Shown in pieces: positions 63,635-64,000 of a stretch of DNA of 64,000 bases (the stretch's first letter is position 1; each line of letters begins with the position of its first letter). A model generated the notes under the pieces. That model was not told the origin of the DNA, made no database searches, and saw only the letters and a program-made list of their open reading frames with translations. Location: assembly GCF_000142905.1 (NCBI RefSeq), contig NW_013657644.1, positions 239,697-303,696 on the forward strand. The letters run 5' to 3'. This stretch comes from Thecamonas trahens ATCC 50062. Its lineage: Eukaryota > Protista > Apusomonadida. The position numbers and the translations under genes are program-made.

Positions 63635-64000
63635 CGCCTGCCTCTTTCCCATGGGCCCAGCATGGTGATCTTGACCTCACCCTCTTGCCCTTTCTGGACC
63701 GCATTCTGCTCGCTAGCATCTACTGTAGATCCGCATGAAGCCGTTTGCAAACGCCTTATCCCCATCATCACCTTCCCCATCTAGCACCACCATCCCCCAA
63801 CAACAGTATGGCCATCAACAGTGTGGCCATCCACATCATGGCTGTCTTCATCATCGCCATCGCCATTGTCGCCATCACCAACATTAACATCATCGTCATC
63901 ACCATCACCATCACTGGCCTCGCCACCATCACCATCATAATCACCCCAACCCCAACCCCAACCCCAACCCCAACCCCAACCCCACCCACTCTCCTCCCTC

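Noticed and set aside
63943-63985. (CCCCAA)n resembling ciliate telomere repeats
   Set aside because: Only about 6 copies, embedded in CAT/CAC simple repeats and followed by other sequence. Likely an intronic or intergenic microsatellite.
1-64000. tRNA, rRNA, transposase or reverse-transcriptase genes
   Set aside because: None recognised by eye in the sequence or the ORF track.

Overview
This is gene-dense, GC-rich, intron-poor eukaryotic nuclear DNA from a flagellated unicellular protist. It resembles an apusomonad such as Thecamonas, which is an inference from gene content and style. It has three N-gaps and about 30 protein genes. Recognisable ones are F-BAR/PH/C2/RasGAP, aspartyl aminopeptidase, F-box/WD40, RhoGAP, DNAL4, MRPL47, RPL3, an SLC19 carrier, two class IV sirtuins, an SH2 protein, MARCH6/Doa10, a PX-BAR sorting nexin, CAMSAP, an O-fucosyltransferase, phosphatidylserine decarboxylase, TSNAXIP1-like, NELF-A, an LRR multi-TM receptor, a DUF218-like protein, an eIF2-alpha kinase and SOSS-B. 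Main observations: (1) Five unrelated genes each need one -1 frame change (one extra U or C) at a sense-strand Phe codon or pyrimidine run to be complete. This is either homopolymer sequencing error or a recoding/insertional-editing system. (2) One sirtuin is fused to actin-binding modules (C-CAP-like, poly-Pro, WH2). (3) One membrane protein has four degenerate K-channel-like TM-pore-TM modules plus a C2-like domain. (4) There is a candidate MEI1/PRD1 meiosis gene. (5) There is a K/S-rich plus QQFGGFP-repeat protein. (6) ACGAT-containing tandem arrays lie upstream of several genes. All family calls come from motif recognition by eye; no database searches were run.
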